DNA of 63,578 nucleotides, filler included, from Cercozoa sp. M6MM (lineage: Eukaryota; Protista; Endomyxa: Ascetosporea): NCBI GenBank assembly GCA_040357565.1. It is 13 parts of 13 records of this genome, joined end to end, with 100 filler letters (N's around TTAATTAATTAA, not from the genome) between each part and the next. Parts side by side here need not be neighbours in the genome. Positions count along the whole stretch, not along the records: positions 61,693 to 63,578 come from JBDODJ010001892.1; 12 more parts are not named here. One strand, given 5' to 3'. Of the stretch, positions 63,537 through 63,578 are shown in pieces (position 1 is the first letter of the stretch; each line of letters opens with the position of its first letter). Both the position numbers and the translations under genes were made by a program. The notes below the pieces were generated by a model. That model was not told the DNA's origin. It was given only the letters and a program-made list of their open reading frames with translations, and did not search any database.

Positions 63537-63578
<42 letters not shown>

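Overview
Intron-rich, gene-dense nuclear DNA of a eukaryotic microbe, read with the standard genetic code and GT-AG introns mostly about 45-100 nt long. CEP41 suggests a flagellated protist; the Skp1 style suggests Rhizaria/Cercozoa, which is inference only. The window is not one locus: it is 13 assembly contigs joined by twelve artificial 100-nt N-TTAATTAATTAA-N spacers, and contigs usually break in (CA)n or poly-G/C tracts. After manual splicing I recognise PPIH, a cupin+YtkD-type Nudix fusion, a Methyltransf_24 protein, an MSMO1/ERG25 5' end, an SLC25 carrier, CMC4, TEN1, a YtcJ-like amidohydrolase, an M3A-like peptidase, ATAD3, DPH3, a DMT transporter, CEP41, a PLAC8 protein, a TRRAP fragment (duplicated), HIBADH, an MhpD-type hydratase, a DENN protein, a YfcD-type Nudix, RBM19/MRD1, an M1 aminopeptidase, an RGS protein, a WD40 protein, a PPWD1-like 3' end and SKP1. 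Four leads stand out: (1) a candidate telomerase RNA at about 60925-61120 (-) with a CCUAACCC template, pseudoknot, three-way junction and Sm-like site; (2) a FolB-like/cupin/YtkD-Nudix triple fusion with a mitochondrial-type leader; (3) a short dispersed repeat family with a covarying stem-loop and a 12-bp target-site-like duplication; (4) introns built from a GGGGTAAA/TTTACCCC motif in both polarities. Family assignments come from motif recognition, not database searches, and start/end coordinates of hypothetical genes are approximate.
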